Source: Eledone cirrhosa (Eukaryota). Taken from it: 64,000 nt of DNA. This document shows positions 1 to 13,854 of the stretch, piece by piece. Position numbers and translations under genes: made by a program. The stretch lies in assembly GCA_964016885.1 (NCBI GenBank), contig CAXHJY010000522.1, forward strand, positions 135,516 to 199,515, written 5' to 3'. The number at the start of each line of letters is the position of its first letter. Position 1 is the stretch's first letter. The notes beneath the pieces are model-generated. The model was not told the DNA's origin, searched no databases, and saw only the letters and a list, made by a program, of their open reading frames with translations.

Positions 1-144
1 TTAAGATGATAATAGTTAATTCAGACTTTCCATCCAACTGAATTGGATTAATTTCTGAGAATCAAGCAATGCAGAAACCATATTAACTGGACATTTTAAA
101 ATGTTAAACTAATTCTTTCAGTTCTGTTCTGACAATCTAACAAA

Positions 145-258
145 GACACAAGCATCATCATCCTCACCATCAGGGAGTACTGTGACATGATGTCTGTAAC
201 TACACTACAGTATGTGACTTGAAGTCAGTTACATTAGAGTCACAACATTATGTAACAT
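145..258 (+). repeat. Left arm of an inverted repeat enclosing a satellite array
   Basis: gacacaagcatcatcatcctcaccatcag...cattatgtaacat is the reverse complement, with scattered mismatches and indels, of 1835-1944. Confidence 0.9.
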
Positions 259-1709
259 GAGTTCTGTTACACTGGAGTTACTACAGTATGTGACATGAGT
301 TCTGTTACACTGGAGTTACTACAGTATGTAACATGAGTTGTTACACTGGAGTTACTACAGTATGTAACATGGGTTGTTACAGTGGAGTTACTACAGTATG
401 TGACAAGAGTTTGTAACACTGGAGATGCTACAGTATGTAACATGAGTTTGTAACACTGGAGATGCTACAGTATGTAACACGAGTTGTTACACTGGAGTTA
501 CTACAGTATGTGACATGAGTTCTGTTACACTGGAGTTACTACAGTATGTAACATGAGTTCTGTTACACTGGAGTTACTACAGTATGTAACATGACTTTGT
601 AACACTGGAGTTACTACAGTATGTGACATGAGTTCTGTTACACTGGAGTTACTACAGTATGTGACATGAGTTCTGTTACACTGGAGTTACTACAGTATGT
701 GACATGAGTTGTTACACTGGAGTTACTACAGTATGTAACATGAGTTTGTAACACTGGAGATGCTACAGTATGTAACACGAGTTGTTACACTGGAGTTACT
801 ACAGTATGTGACATGAGTTGTTACACTGGAGTTACTACAGTATGTAAAATGAGTTCTGTTACACTGGAGTTACTACAGTATGTAACATGAGTTTGTTACA
901 CTGGAGTTACTACAGTATGTAACATGAGTTTGTAACACTGGAGTTACTACAGTATGTGACATGAGTTCTGTTACACTGGAGTTACTACAGTATGTGACAT
1001 GAGTTCTGTTACACTGGAGTTACTACAGTATGTGACATGAGTTCTGTTACACTGGAGTTACTACAGTATGTAACATGAGTTCTGTTACACTGGAGTTACT
1101 ACAGTATGTGACATGAGTTGTTACACTGGAGTTACTACAGTATGTAACATGAGTTTGTAACACTGGAGATGCTACAGTATGTAACACGAGTTGTTACACT
1201 GGAGTTACTACAGTATGTGACATGAGTTGTTACACTGGAGTTACTACAGTATGTAAAATGAGTTCTGTTACACTGGAGTTACTACAGTATGTAACATGAG
1301 TTTGTTACACTGGAGTTACTACAGTATGTAACATGAGTTGTTACACTGGAGTTACTACAGTATGTAACATGAGTTGTTACACTGGAGTTACTACAGTATG
1401 TGACATGAGTTCTGTTACACTGGAGTTACTACAGTATGTAACATGAGTTTGTTACACTGGAGTTACTACAGTATGTAACATGAGTTTGTAACACTGGAGT
1501 TACTACAGTATGTAACATGAGTTGTTATACTGGAGTTGCTACAGTATGTGACATGAGTTATGTTACACTGGAGTTACTACAGTATGTGACACGAGTTCTG
1601 TTACACTGGAGTTACTACAGTATGTGACATGAGTTCTGTTACACTGGAGTTACTACAGTATGTGACATGAGTTCTGTTACACTGGAGTTACTACAGTATG
1701 TGACATGAG
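251..1709. repeat. Tandem satellite, 40-42 bp unit, about 35 copies
   Basis: Unit catgagtt(ct)gttacactggagttactacagtatgt(g/a)a repeated head-to-tail; variant units (gagatgcta, aacacgag, gtaaaatg) recur in blocks. Confidence 0.97.
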
Positions 1710-1834
1710 GTATATGCTATGTTCCTTGGTTTATCAATCACATCCTGGGGAGTCACAACTCCCCAATGTAACCTGTGGTATGACAGTTCCTTTCCTGGAA
1801 TAATTTCATATACTATTATTGCAACAGTAACTGT

Positions 1835-1944
1835 ATGTTACATAATGACTCCAGTGCAACTGACCTTATGTCACATACTGTAGTGTTAGTAACAGACATC
1901 ATGTCACTGTACTTTCTGATGGTGAGGATGATGATGCTTGTGTC
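1835..1944 (-). repeat. Right arm of the inverted repeat enclosing the satellite
   Basis: Reverse complement of 145-258. Confidence 0.9.
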
Positions 1945-2079
1945 GTTACAAATAGTTTGAACATTCAGCTCCACATGCAAGCCCTGTTCTCTTACACCTG
2001 TACACAGTTTCATCCATTGAAAGATATTTCAGTACAACCATCATTTTCATTTAGATTCTTTTATGAGATTATCTATTTT

Positions 2080-2590
2080 TACTGCCTGCTTCCCCACCAA
2101 CTGATTAGCATCAAGTCACTGATAAACAAGCATACAGTCTCCTCTCTTTGCCTGTTCTACCACAGCTAGAGGCCTCTGATCTTCAGACATGGCTGGTATC
2201 ATGTCAACTTCATTCAGGCATTCCTGACTTATTTCCTTCCACCCATAAAATCGACTTCTTTGATATTGCATTAGCCACTACAACTAATCTTTCCTCCCCG
2301 TAATGTTTAATCTCTGGAATTTTCTCCATAAAAAGGAACAAAAAGTAGATGTCACTGGTATCAGAGGTCTTACGAACGTCCCAGATTAACTCCCTAACTA
2401 TGCCTTCCTGCAGAGCAAAGCAATATAGATTAAAAAAAGAAAAATTATTCATAGAACTCCTTGATTTCATAAATTAGTAATTATCTATAACACAGGCATT
2501 ATTCTCATTACAATCAATACAAACAGTTTCACATTTCCCAAGTTAATCCTTCATTAATGGGGCTGCATCAACCAAATCTACAGTTAAAAT
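2080..2590 (+). mobile_element. Degraded CR1/Jockey-like LINE 3' end
   Basis: Translation SIKSLINKHTVSSLCLFYH then GL*SSDMAG resembles the C-terminal LSHRRxVASLxLFYRY..GxCSSELA motif of invertebrate CR1-group ORF2; has stops and frameshifts. Confidence 0.45.
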
Positions 2591-3063
2591 ACTTCTAGAA
2601 TTCTACTTGGCAAAGGTTCCTTAAAGTAATGTTTTGATTATAGAAATGTAAATCCTCAAATGTTTATCTTTAACAGTAAACACCAATGATTTTGGTATTT
2701 CTGTTGCTTTTCTGGCAAATAAAGATTATCATCATTATTATTATTAAAGTTTGTATTTACTTTTCATCCTTCCAAGATCAATAAAATAAGTATCAGTTAA
2801 ATAATGTTGATTTAATCAACTGTCCCTCACCATCTACAACATTTAGGGCCCTGTTTCATTATCATTGCTGTTGTTGTTGAAATATAGCCAATACATTGAT
2901 CTTCTCACTCCTCTGAAGACTACAACTATCATGAGACTACATACTTAACTTCCATCTTATTTATGTGAAGGTGAATAATAAGACAGTTGCTTTGGTGAGT
3001 TAGTTGCTACAGTTTGAGCTTGGGGATTCCAAAACCTATATTCTCTTGGAAATATTAATTTAA

Positions 3064-3305
3064 CCCATTTGTCACCCATAATAAAAGAGTTAGTGCTTAT
3101 GATTTTCAATTAATTTTTTAAATAATCAAGAATTTGGAAGGATTTAGTATTAACTTTCTCATTATTTAAGCTGGTGTTTAGAAGATAGTTTAACAAGGAT
3201 TTTAAAATAAAACTACAATGAAAGGGTTTTAGATAAATATAAGCAATTAAAAACCTTTGTACTGTAGAACCAGGGGCAGTTGCAGGTTTTTCAGTATTAA
3301 AAGGA
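3064..3305. mobile_element. AT-rich MITE with piggyBac-like ends
   Basis: TTAA-CCCATTT ... AAAGGA-TTAA ends; internal aaaataatcaagaattt motif shared with copies near 13184, 14376 and 22630. Confidence 0.55.
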
Positions 3306-3659
3306 TTAAATAAGAAGAAAGGATTTCTCAAGAAACATTGTTATATTATAGAAATAAGATTCACTTGAATTCAAGCTTCATGTGGTATTCTTTATTATGT
3401 ATGATATGTAATATCACATATGGATGCAGGCATGAGTGTGGTAATGAAATTTACTTTGGTACTAGAGCTTTGGATTCAATCCTACTGTGTGGCACTCTTG
3501 AGAAAGTGTCTTCTTCAATAACCATCAACCAACCAATGCTTTTTAAGTGAGTCTGGTAGATGGAAATTGCAAGGAAGTCCATTTACAATATATATATGTG
3601 TGTGCGTACGGAAACTGTAAGGAAGTCCATTTACAATATGTATGTGTGTGTGTATTGTA

Positions 3660-3818
3660 AATGTGGTTGCCATTAGGAAGGGCATTCAGCTATAGAAACC
3701 TAGCCAGAAACAGTTCTGTATAAACAAGACATGGTCATATGATCTAACTTGTCTTACAACAGGATAACTTGTTTAACCCATTCTAGCATGGAAAAAGGAC
3801 ATTAAATGGTGATGATAA

Positions 3819-3822
<4 letters not shown>
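3660..3822 (+). mobile_element. RTE-type 3' module (GGAAGGGCATCC-type core plus (GAT)n tail)
   Basis: aggaagggcattcagctatagaaac...ctagcatggaaaaaggacattaaatggtgatgataatgat matches the 3' UTR of the RTE copies at 47438 and 54768. Confidence 0.7.
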
Positions 3823-3896
<74 letters not shown>

Positions 3897-6734
3897 TCAA
3901 CATCATTTTATGTCCGCTTTTCCCTGCTTGCAATATATATTTATCATTGACTTAATACTAGCGATCTTCGTTAATTTTATAATATATATACATATATAAT
4001 AAATCATTTAACAACCATTTTCCCCTGTTAATGAATATACACACAGGTGTGTGTACGTGTCAGCCCAAGCCATGTCTTCATACTAATACTATTTACATCA
4101 GCAATAATATTTGTTTATGTCCTCTATAAATAATACATTCCACAGTGTAGCAGTTTGACAAATATCTGTAGTATGTATCATACTTAAAAATGAGTTGGCG
4201 TCAAGGATGGCATACAACTGTAAAAGATCTACCTTATATAGATGATAATAATAACTGTGATGACACTTGACATCAATATGGAGTGAGATCATTACATCAA
4301 CCCTTTTGTACTAACCTAGCTAAGAACACCTCTTGTTCTATGATACAAAACTATTCATTTTAAAGTGTTTATATTTTAGTCATCTAAGTCTTCTATCATA
4401 ATTGTACATAGGAACCTTTTGTTCTGAACACAAACTCAATATGAGAGAAGTTATATTACTCAACCACACAACATTCTTGTTTATTTTAAAAATTAATTGA
4501 AACACATAAACAATGTATTTCACTTGAGATATGATCAGATAAGTGTTAAAAGAAGCACAGAGTAAATGAATTAAAGTTCAGAGAGGTGATAGAAGCTAAT
4601 CAGCAAGTTATTGGGATTATTATTTTAAATATTACTAACTAGATATGTGAAAAGGCGTTGATGAAACACCAACAAGTAATTTTTTTCTATAAATAATCTA
4701 ATAGTTATAGCGTAATAATATCTGGTTTAGAAGAGTTACACTGTATGCCTGCATGTTATACGAGGTGACTTAAATGGTTCCACTTGAGTATCTAGCTGTG
4801 AAACATTGCCCCAAAAATGACCCCATATGAAGCTTATAATGGATCCTGCAAGGCTAAATCTTGCTTTAGCAGGAGAAATGGCCTTAAACAGTAGTTGTTA
4901 ATATAAATGTAACATTGATTTATAGATAATCTTAATGGCAGTTTAACACCAACTCAATTTTGAACCAGCACACATGACCAAACATTTTAACAGTGACTCC
5001 TGTTTTCTTAGAAATATCTAGGACTACATTTTCTAATGTAGTCCTTAGCCAGGCTCTAGCGTATGGAGCATGGTTTAACCATTTTTTATACCAAACTGTC
5101 AGAAACTTCCACTGGTCATATGATTCAAAACTACCTGTTTTAAAGCATTCATCCTTATATTAAAGCCTTACATCATTTTATTTAAGAACTTTAAAGATAT
5201 CTTTCAAACACAAGTTTAATAATAAAGAAGATATTTTACTAAATCCCTCTAAATTTTTCATTATTTCCAAAATTAATTGAAACACAATGGCAGTCTTTCA
5301 TTACAAATAATGTAATGAAAGAGTTAAGTGAGATTTGCCTGCTATTTCTAGCAGGTCAAGCAACTATTGTAGAAGCTACTTTATTTGTCACATAATTAGA
5401 ATGGTAATTATTATACCTACAATAAGAAATAAAATCTAAATAGCAATGGTTTTTGTCAACTTGCATTCTTGAACTACACTTGATACTCTTTATTACAAAT
5501 AGAGACTAAATTCTACACATCTCTATATAAACTAGATATCACTTATTAAATATACACTAGGGCTGACAAATAACCTAGTAAACCTGGTGAGCATTTGCCT
5601 GCCTCCACCCACGACCACCAGTAAATATACACTAACTCCACAAACATCCATATAAAGATATTATTAACTTCAACCACACACACACACACACAGCCAGCAC
5701 CTTCCAACCCCATATCTTTATATAAGCAAGACATCACTTAAATACATGTCGTCAGCACCCTCCACTGTAGACAAATACCAACCTAGCACCCTCCACTGTA
5801 GATAAACACTAATCCAACACATCTCCTTATAGACAAAGTATCACTTATTAAACAATGCTTGTCACTTTAAATTACACCAACAAAATACCAACCCTAAATA
5901 TACCTGACTTGTTGAAACACTCAAAATTGGAACATATTGTTTATGCTGGACAGTGGTTAAAGCAGTGTCAATGTAAAGACATGGTGAAATACATTGACAA
6001 ATGATGGATTTCCACACACTTTCTGCTTACCAAATTTCACTTACAAGTCATTGGTCAACCCAAAGCTATATTAGAAAAAACTTTACCAAGGTAGCACAAA
6101 GTAAGATCAAACCCAAAACCATATGGCTACAATCAAACTTTTTAACCAAAGAGTTCTATATGTATATATCATCATCATTATCGTTTAACGTCCACTTTCC
6201 ACACTAGCATAGGTTATATATATATGTGTGTGTGTGTGTGTGTGGGGGGGTATATATGCATATACACACATGTCGATAGAAAAGACACTCTTTATTGTTG
6301 AGGACATAACCTCTCTAGTGATGGGGTCATGATAAAATGCACCTAGTCAAATAACCCAATGATTATTCTCTCAGGAATGTCTTTGCATGAACAAAGACAA
6401 GCAGAACCCCTACTTGACCACTCTTAAGATGCTGTCCTTGGATCATTTTTCGATGATCGATTACATAGATCGATTTTTAGCGATACTCTTCTGGCATGAA
6501 ATAGCGCTATAAGGTTTCACTTATGATTCCACCTATGTACATATTCTTCTATAGAAATGTTTTTGGCATATATACAATATACTGTGTTTCTCATACGATA
6601 TATGGCTCTTTCTCTCTCTCTCTCTATATATATATCTTTTCATTTAGTTATTATGGCTCTAGATAAAGTCTATTGAGCTTGCTTATTAAGAAACACATAA
6701 TTCTAAACATATTTGATGTTTTGATTCATTATTT

Positions 6735-6768
<34 letters not shown>

Positions 6769-7082
6769 TTACTTATACACATGCATTTACTCATTCTCTC
6801 TCACACACATATATTTACTCAAACACATACATACATACTATTAAGTGGTTCAGTAGATACATGGTTTACTCAGGAAGATACCAAAATTAACACTACGCTA
6901 TGGCACAGTGTATATATTAATCTCAGATGAGGTTTTGGTTTTATTTGTTTAACAAGTCTGATGAACAGATTGGCCTGGAGTCAGGTCTATAGCATTTAAG
7001 TGGATCCTGAGCCACCCATCTATGAAATGGTCATAATTGTGCATAATCAATAAAGACCTTAATGTGAAATCCTGCTTTGTTC

Positions 7083-7150
<68 letters not shown>

Positions 7151-7576
7151 TTAAGCCACATGCTAGTTTTTCAAGTATTTCTGTTGGAAAATGTGTGATT
7201 TATGCACAAATCATATTGTTTAGTTCTAATTCAATATTATATAAGCCACCAGTGTTTTGAAAAAACAACACCATGCTTCAGCAATGGGCATATCAAAAGA
7301 TTGAAATTACAGAAGTAAACTTTGTTCCATCATTATGTTTTTCTGGGTTTTTTTTCTGTTCAAATTCTAGCTGAGGTCATGGCTGTTGCATAATGATTAT
7401 CACCAAAGTACATATAACAGAAAATATGAATAAACGAAGTTAATTTTAACCTGTTGACTTACACTTCTTGTTTTAAATTACTCCGGAATAAACAGACCCA
7501 CCTGCGCACTTCGTAGAGTGCTCTACACAGTATACTAAAGTGTTGGTAATTCACCAGCACATACTCAAATTTATAT

Positions 7577-7740
7577 ATCATCATTTCATTTTACGTCCAC
7601 TTTTCCCTGCTTGCGAGGGTGGGACGGGAACTGATTCTGGCTTGATTTCTACAGCTGGATGCCCTTCCTAACACCAACCTCATTTACAGTGAGTGCTGGG
7701 TGCTTTTTTGCCGTGGCACCTCCACAACCACTTTGCAGTG
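7577..7740 (-). mobile_element. RTE 3' UTR module fragment
   Basis: catcat tail and tttctacagctggatgcccttcctaacaccaacc core, as at 47438-47700. Confidence 0.75.
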
Positions 7741-7768
7741 GAATGATAGGGACCCCAGTCTCTATCAT

Positions 7769-7909
7769 CTCATTTCTACAGCTGAGTAAACTGGAGCAAT
7801 GTGAAATAAAGTGCCTTGCTCAAGGAAACAACATCGCCCGGTCTGAGAATTGAACTCACAACCTTTCGATTGCAAGGCCAATGCTCTAACCACTAAGCCA
7901 TGTGCCTCC
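7769..7909 (-). mobile_element. tRNA-derived SINE head with CORE-like body
   Basis: Minus strand has A box TGGCTTAGTGG, B box GAGTTCAATTC, then ccttgagcaaggcactttatttcac; weaker relatives near 12160, 24650 and 37050. Confidence 0.75.
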
Positions 7910-7940
<31 letters not shown>

Positions 7941-8754
7941 TAGGTCCCACCTCCATTTTACAAGCACCATTTGCAATGGACAATACATTTTGAATTGAGG
8001 TTTTATAGATCCAGTAGTTAAGTCACGTGCTGATTTTTCATGTGATATGTTTGTTGGATATATTTTCTCCTAGACAATTCTGTTTTGTTTACTTATTACT
8101 GCAGATCTTATACCTAACCACTCCACTAGCCTGGACTACCTGTGTATGGTGACAAAAAGAAAAAATATAACAAACATAAAAAAAAAAAATATAACAAACA
8201 TCAAACCCAAATAACTTCTCTTCTGTTGTAATTAACATGTTTATATGTGGATAATTTCTTTTTTAGAAAACAAAAAAAAATTTGGGCCAGAATAACAAGG
8301 TTTCCACAGAAGTTTCTCTAAAATAAATAAATATATATATTCTGGTTTAACTACTACGATAGAGTTTTTACAAATGTTCTCAGAAAATGGTATATATATA
8401 TTCAGGTACTGGGAGATACAAATCCCAATGTTACCAAACAATTACAAAACAGAAATTCTGAATTACTCTTTACAAGGGAAGCATGGTGGATCTAGGTCAG
8501 GCCAGGGTGAATATATTTCAGACTACAGTCGATACAGGTCATAGACCAAGGTGGATACATGTCAAACTAAGATGGTGCTTGGCCAGACCATGGATCTAGG
8601 TCAGGGGTTCCCAATCTTTTTTGTGTCATCGCCCAATTTCACAGGGAAACATTTTCAACTGCCCACCTCTGACGTTAATACTCAAAAGCATACAAAAATG
8701 TTAGGTAAAAGTTTGTTACCGGTTCGCAAAATAACTTTTTATGTGTACTTCACA

Positions 8755-10139
8755 AGAAGGGAAGCAGAAGAAAGATAGTTCAAGCATGTTCTACAACGCG
8801 AGGGCCAAAAACGTGAGGTGTTCAGGATTGCTAGGCAATGTGTCAAGGAAAACCGTGATATTGTCGGGGAGAAGTGTGTACTTAATGATGATGGCGTACT
8901 TGCCATCACTGATGCTGATAAGAAGGTAGCTTGGAAGTGTCACTACGAAAGGCTACTAAATGAGGAGAATAAATGGGAGAAAGACAGTCTCCCCCACATC
9001 GACCCAATAGAGGGACCAGCAGTGTTAGCCGAAGGTAGTATAATAAGTAAGGCAATCAAAGATATGAAGACGGGCAAGGTGCTGGGCCTTCGGAAATAGT
9101 TGCTGAGATGTTGAAAGCCTCTGGAACAGTGGGACACACCATGGTCACACGGATAGTAAACCAAGTCATACAGGATGCGGTTGTTCCGAAGGACTGGCGT
9201 AACAGGATCATCATTAACTGTTACAAGGGTAAAGGAGATGCCCTAGATAGGAGTAACTCTAGAGGCATTAAATTAATCGACCAGGTCATGAAGGTCACGG
9301 AAAAAGTAATAGCACAACTAATCAGAGAGAGAATTGATCTAGATGAAATGCAGTTCGGGTTTGTGTCAGGCAAAAGTACCACAGACGCTCTTTTCATTTA
9401 CGACAACTACAGGAGAAGTACCTAGCTAAAAGTAAACCCCTATACTTAGCTTTTGTCGACTTGGAGAAAGCCTTCGACAGAGTCCCCCGTTCCATTATCT
9501 GGCGGGCTCTTAGAAAACTAGGTGTTGACGAATGGCTTGTGAGAGCTATACAAGCCATGTATAAAGAAACAGTCAGCAAGGTCAGAATTAACAACGAATA
9601 TAGTGAAGAGTTTAGTGTAAAAGTTGGTGTTCATCAGGGCTCTGTTCTTAGCCCCCTACTATTTATTATTGCCCTTCAGGCTATAACAGTGGAGTTCAAA
9701 ACCGGCTGCCCATGGGAACTCCTATACGCAGACAATCTAACGCTCATAGCTGAATCAATGGCCGAGCTAGAGAAGAAATTCCAAACATGGAAGCACGGCC
9801 TAGAATCAAAAGGCCTTAAAATTAACCTGGCTAAGACTAAAGTTCTAGTTTGTAGGAAAGAAAATAAGGCGCCGGTCCCTTCCGGGAAATGGCCATGCTC
9901 AGTGTGTAGGAAAGGCGTAGGTAGAAACTCCATTTTATGTCCCAAATGCAAAGTATGGGTGCATAAAAGATGTAGTGGGATCACAGGTAAGCTAACTAAG
10001 AACATAGATTTTACATGTGGCCGGTGCTCTGGTGCAATAAGTAGCAGCAAGTGCCCACAATATAGTAGCTCTTTCAATTGCACAGAGGGTTCTATAGAAA
10101 TAGTGGACAGCTTCCATTACCTGGGTGACAAAATCAGAT
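8755..10139 (+). mobile_element. RTE-clade LINE fragment (subfamily B), frameshifted RT with PHD insertion
   Basis: ORFs 8818-9099, 9108-9425 and 9461-10237 give [34 protein letters not shown], CxxC..H..CxxC and FHYLG. Confidence 0.95.
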
Positions 10140-10197
10140 ATTTGAATGTTGATGGCCTTTCTCAAAACTATAGAAAATATCAAAATATTCCCTGTGT

Positions 10198-10403
10198 ATC
10201 ATCATCACCGTTTAACATCCACGCTAGCATGGGTTAGACAGATTGTCCTGTTGTGGGCAGTTCCCGGTCAGCTGACCTTGTCTTGCTCATACAGGAACTG
10301 ATTTTGGCTTGATTTCTACAGCTGGATGCCCTTCCTAACACCAACCTCATTTACAGTGTGGGCTGGTGCTTTTTTGCCGTGGCACCTCCACGACCACTTT
10401 GCA
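10198..10403 (-). mobile_element. RTE subfamily A 3' UTR fragment
   Basis: Near match to 47438-47700, including the (CAT)n tail. Confidence 0.85.
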
Positions 10404-12539
10404 CGGTTATATTTTATCTAAGAATGTGGTCCAGTTATTCCTATTTATTCTCCTGTGACTTTGATACAGGTTCTTGCATATCTCCTTTGACTATTTGAAA
10501 TGCCTTCTAAATACTAAAAATCCTATATCACCTACCAAAACTTCCAGTTGCCCATCATTTTCTGTTTGGTTGCACATCACCCACCCAACAGTTGAAATCG
10601 CTCAACAGCAGGTGATATCACCCTGGTTGGAAAACCCTGATCTAGGCCAAACCAAAGTAAAACTCAAGTCAGACCATGGTCAAAGAAAGTTTTCTCACCA
10701 GTCTTTTTAGTTCAATATCTCTTAAGAAGTATTTGTTTTTATTGGTTTGGTCTGGAAAAAAGAGCTGTGCCAAGGGCCTTCACAGACCCTGCAAGACTGG
10801 TAAGATTGATGTAAGTTACATTCTACTTGAATTGTTGCAAAGCAAAAGATGCATTAGGGAAAAGTGGGCAACAATGGATTCTAGAAAATTGACATTCAGA
10901 ACAGAAAGGATTTGGGGGTAGTGGATGATAAGAGGATAGATAAGTAAGTTGGAAGTGCCTGAAGGCAGCACAAGACTAGCCAGCTCCAAGGAACAGAAAC
11001 CACTGTAGTAGTAGTAGTAGTAGTATGACAGAGAGAGAGAGAGGAGACAGCATATCAATGTACCAGATGTTCCAAAGAGTTGTATTTATATTAAGTATCA
11101 TTAAAATACACTTAACTCATATTTCATACATTAGCTCTGTACAAGCTAATGCTTGCTTCAATAGTTTGAATTAAAGGACATTTTTTTACAGGCATCTAAG
11201 GGTTTGATCTGAGATTTATAAATTGTAACTGTTTTTGATTTTAATAAGTTAATAGGTCTGAACTTCAGTCTAGATATAAGCATAACCCGAAATAAAAAAA
11301 AATACCCCTTTTAGAGCTTAATTTTACTGTTAACAAGTTACCAAAAAGAGGATGAGTGTGTGGTGATTCTGTCTATTTCTCTGAAGGTGTGTGGCTTTGT
11401 AGTTGGGGGTTTGGAACATAATCGTAAAGATGCACTTGATTCATGGTGGCATATTGTGGCCTTGAACAAGACACTTTATTTCTCATTGCCCAAGTTCACT
11501 CTGCTGGCAAAATACAGTTATATTTCTAATGAAAAGGACCAGCTATTCAAATACGCATAGCGTCGTGTTGAATAGCCATGAGAAATACGTTTGTCAAATG
11601 CTAAAACATTTGCATATTAATTTCACAAGCAGGCTATTCCATTGTTCAAAATACAAAGCCACACACCATGGAACACTCATTAATGGAACCCCAACACACA
11701 CACACACACAAGCTATTTCTAAAGAACTTTCAGGCCCAGAGTCCTAAAACTGATACAATGACACTAAATGTCAGGAAAGTCATGGGAACAGCTTACTCAG
11801 AACTAGACCCTAAGGCACACTTTCCGCAACAAAGGTGCAAAATTCCCACAAGTGATCCACACATCCCCTGGTAGAAATCAAAGGAAGAGGTCTACAAAGT
11901 TTGATCATTTGACACTTTATATGAAATCATGTACCACATGTTGATTAATGTGCTCTTTATTTCTGTACCAAAATGTGAATCATTACCCATCTACAGACAC
12001 ATAATACCAAATTAATTATGTAGCCGAAGAAAAAAAAATGAAATGAAATTACAGCCCACAGCTACGTAAATTTAACTGGTTTCCTTTGAGGTTGTATCTC
12101 ATAGGACTTTTCTTGAATGTTTTAACTATCGGGCTCCTAGTTCCAAAATGAAAAGCAATGTGAAATGAAGTGCCTTGCTCAAGAACACAACATGCTGCTT
12201 GAACCAGGATTCAAACCCCAAATCTTATGACCATGGGTCAAAACCCTAACTATTAGGCCAAATATCTTCACATGTAGACACATTGATTATTTATGTTGAT
12301 TGCTAATTGACAAATAACAACACCTTACAATAAGAAGGGTGATAATGACAACAACTACTCTCAGGTCACAAATAATAGGGGTGTTTGGAATAAACAGTGG
12401 GGGCGGGTCAATCATTTTTCTAGCTATCTCTCTCTTGATTTGTGAAATGTTCTTTTTTTGTCATGTATAATGATTTTAATGTCTAAAGAAAATCGCAGGA
12501 ATGCTACCATTTACAATAAAATTTGCCAAAAAAGCATGC

Positions 12540-12762
12540 AGTCCACACTGTAAGGTGGTCATGTAGGCACCACGATAAAATGCACCCAGTACTCAGTGTA
12601 AATGAAGTTGGTGTTAGGAAGGGCATCCAGCTGTAGAAATTAAGCCCAAATCAGTTCTGTATGAACAAGACATGGTCACCTGACATTGCCCACAACAGGA
12701 CAACTCGTCTAACCCATGCTAACGTGGAAGAATGGATATAAAACTGTGATGATGATAATGAT
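12540..12762 (+). mobile_element. RTE 3' UTR fragment
   Basis: ggtgttaggaagggcatccagctgtagaaat...aacccatgctaacgtggaagaa...gatgatgat. Confidence 0.85.
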
Positions 12763-13565
12763 AAGTTAGCAAACTTTAATAAGTGGGGCTGGGTGGGGAA
12801 CTATTATTCTAACTAAATAATAAAATCAAGCAAGTCTGTTTATCAAAATTATATACACCTGCAAATTATTTGCAGAGCACAATAACATATTTGGAATAGT
12901 TAAGTAGCACTGACCTAGCGGCTACCACTGACAAGAAATCTTTTAATTCATAAAATATCAAGACCAAAGGAAAAGAAAAACGACTTAGTTTAACAATCAT
13001 ATATCAATTTTCTTTGAATTTAATGCTGCACAATAAACAAAACAAAAACAGCTGGAAATAATTAATTCTCTGAAATGGCAATATTCTAGCAAAGATCAGA
13101 AACAAGAAGCACAGTTTATACGCTAATGTGTTTGTTATTCTAATTATTGTTTGCTTTATAGGTCACTCTTCATAAACATGTTAACACTTTCATTACCATA
13201 TATTTCTAATAAAAAATACTGCCGATGATTTTCAATTACTGTTGAAAATAATCAAGAATTTAGAGGCAATTTGTAATATACGTAACTTTTTCGTTATTTA
13301 TCTCATGATTGGAACATAAAGGTTCTTACATAAAATAATGATGGAAAATTTAAATTTGAATATGAACTCAGAACCTGCATCGATTTTAGGTGAGTTCCTA
13401 ACAAAAGGATTAACCCTTTTATGACCATATTTCTAACAAGAATATGCTATGTTTGTGTTTTAATTATGAAAATAATCAATAATTATTTCATGAAATAACT
13501 TACTTTCAACTAAATAATAAAAGACTAATATTTAGCTACTGAAATCTAATATTATATATCAAGTA

Positions 13566-13730
13566 ATAATGGTTTCTGATTTAGGTGCAAGGCAACCAAT
13601 TTAGTGGGGAGGAGAAAGTCGAATAAAAGGCAAATTAACCTTGGTGAGATTTGAACTCAGTACATAAAGGGCTGTAACTCTATGCTGAGAAGCATGCTCA
13701 ATGCATTACCGATACTGTCAATCCACTGCC
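13566..13730 (-). mobile_element. tRNA-derived SINE with (ATT)n tail, diverged and internally deleted
   Basis: aataat tail, aaaggcaaattaaccttgg..gatttgaactcag, 5' end atccactgccc. Confidence 0.7.
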
Positions 13731-13750
13731 CTTATTTGTCATGTAATAAT

Positions 13751-13854
13751 TATTTCTACTTTTGGCACAAGGCCAGCAATTATCCCAGTACATTACTGGT
13801 ACTTTATTTTATCAACCCTGTAAGGATGAAAGGCAAAGTTAACCTCATCGGGAT
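13751..13854 (-). mobile_element. 5'-truncated SINE inside a TSD-bounded composite insertion
   Basis: Family body ggcacaaggccagcaatt...aaggatgaaaggcaaagttaacc; 20-bp direct repeat cttatttgtcatgtaataat at 13731-13750 and 14091-14110. Confidence 0.85.

Noticed and set aside
251-1709. CRISPR-like appearance of the regular ~41-bp repeat
   Set aside because: No unique spacers, no cas genes, and a eukaryotic context
6959-7030. CTGATGA motif as another hammerhead
   Set aside because: No convincing stem II, GAAA and stem I arrangement
7769-7909. tRNA gene
   Set aside because: A and B boxes are present but it continues into a SINE body and has no proper acceptor stem
8602-8750. hAT-like end caggggttcccaa
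   Set aside because: No matching second end or 8-bp TSD found
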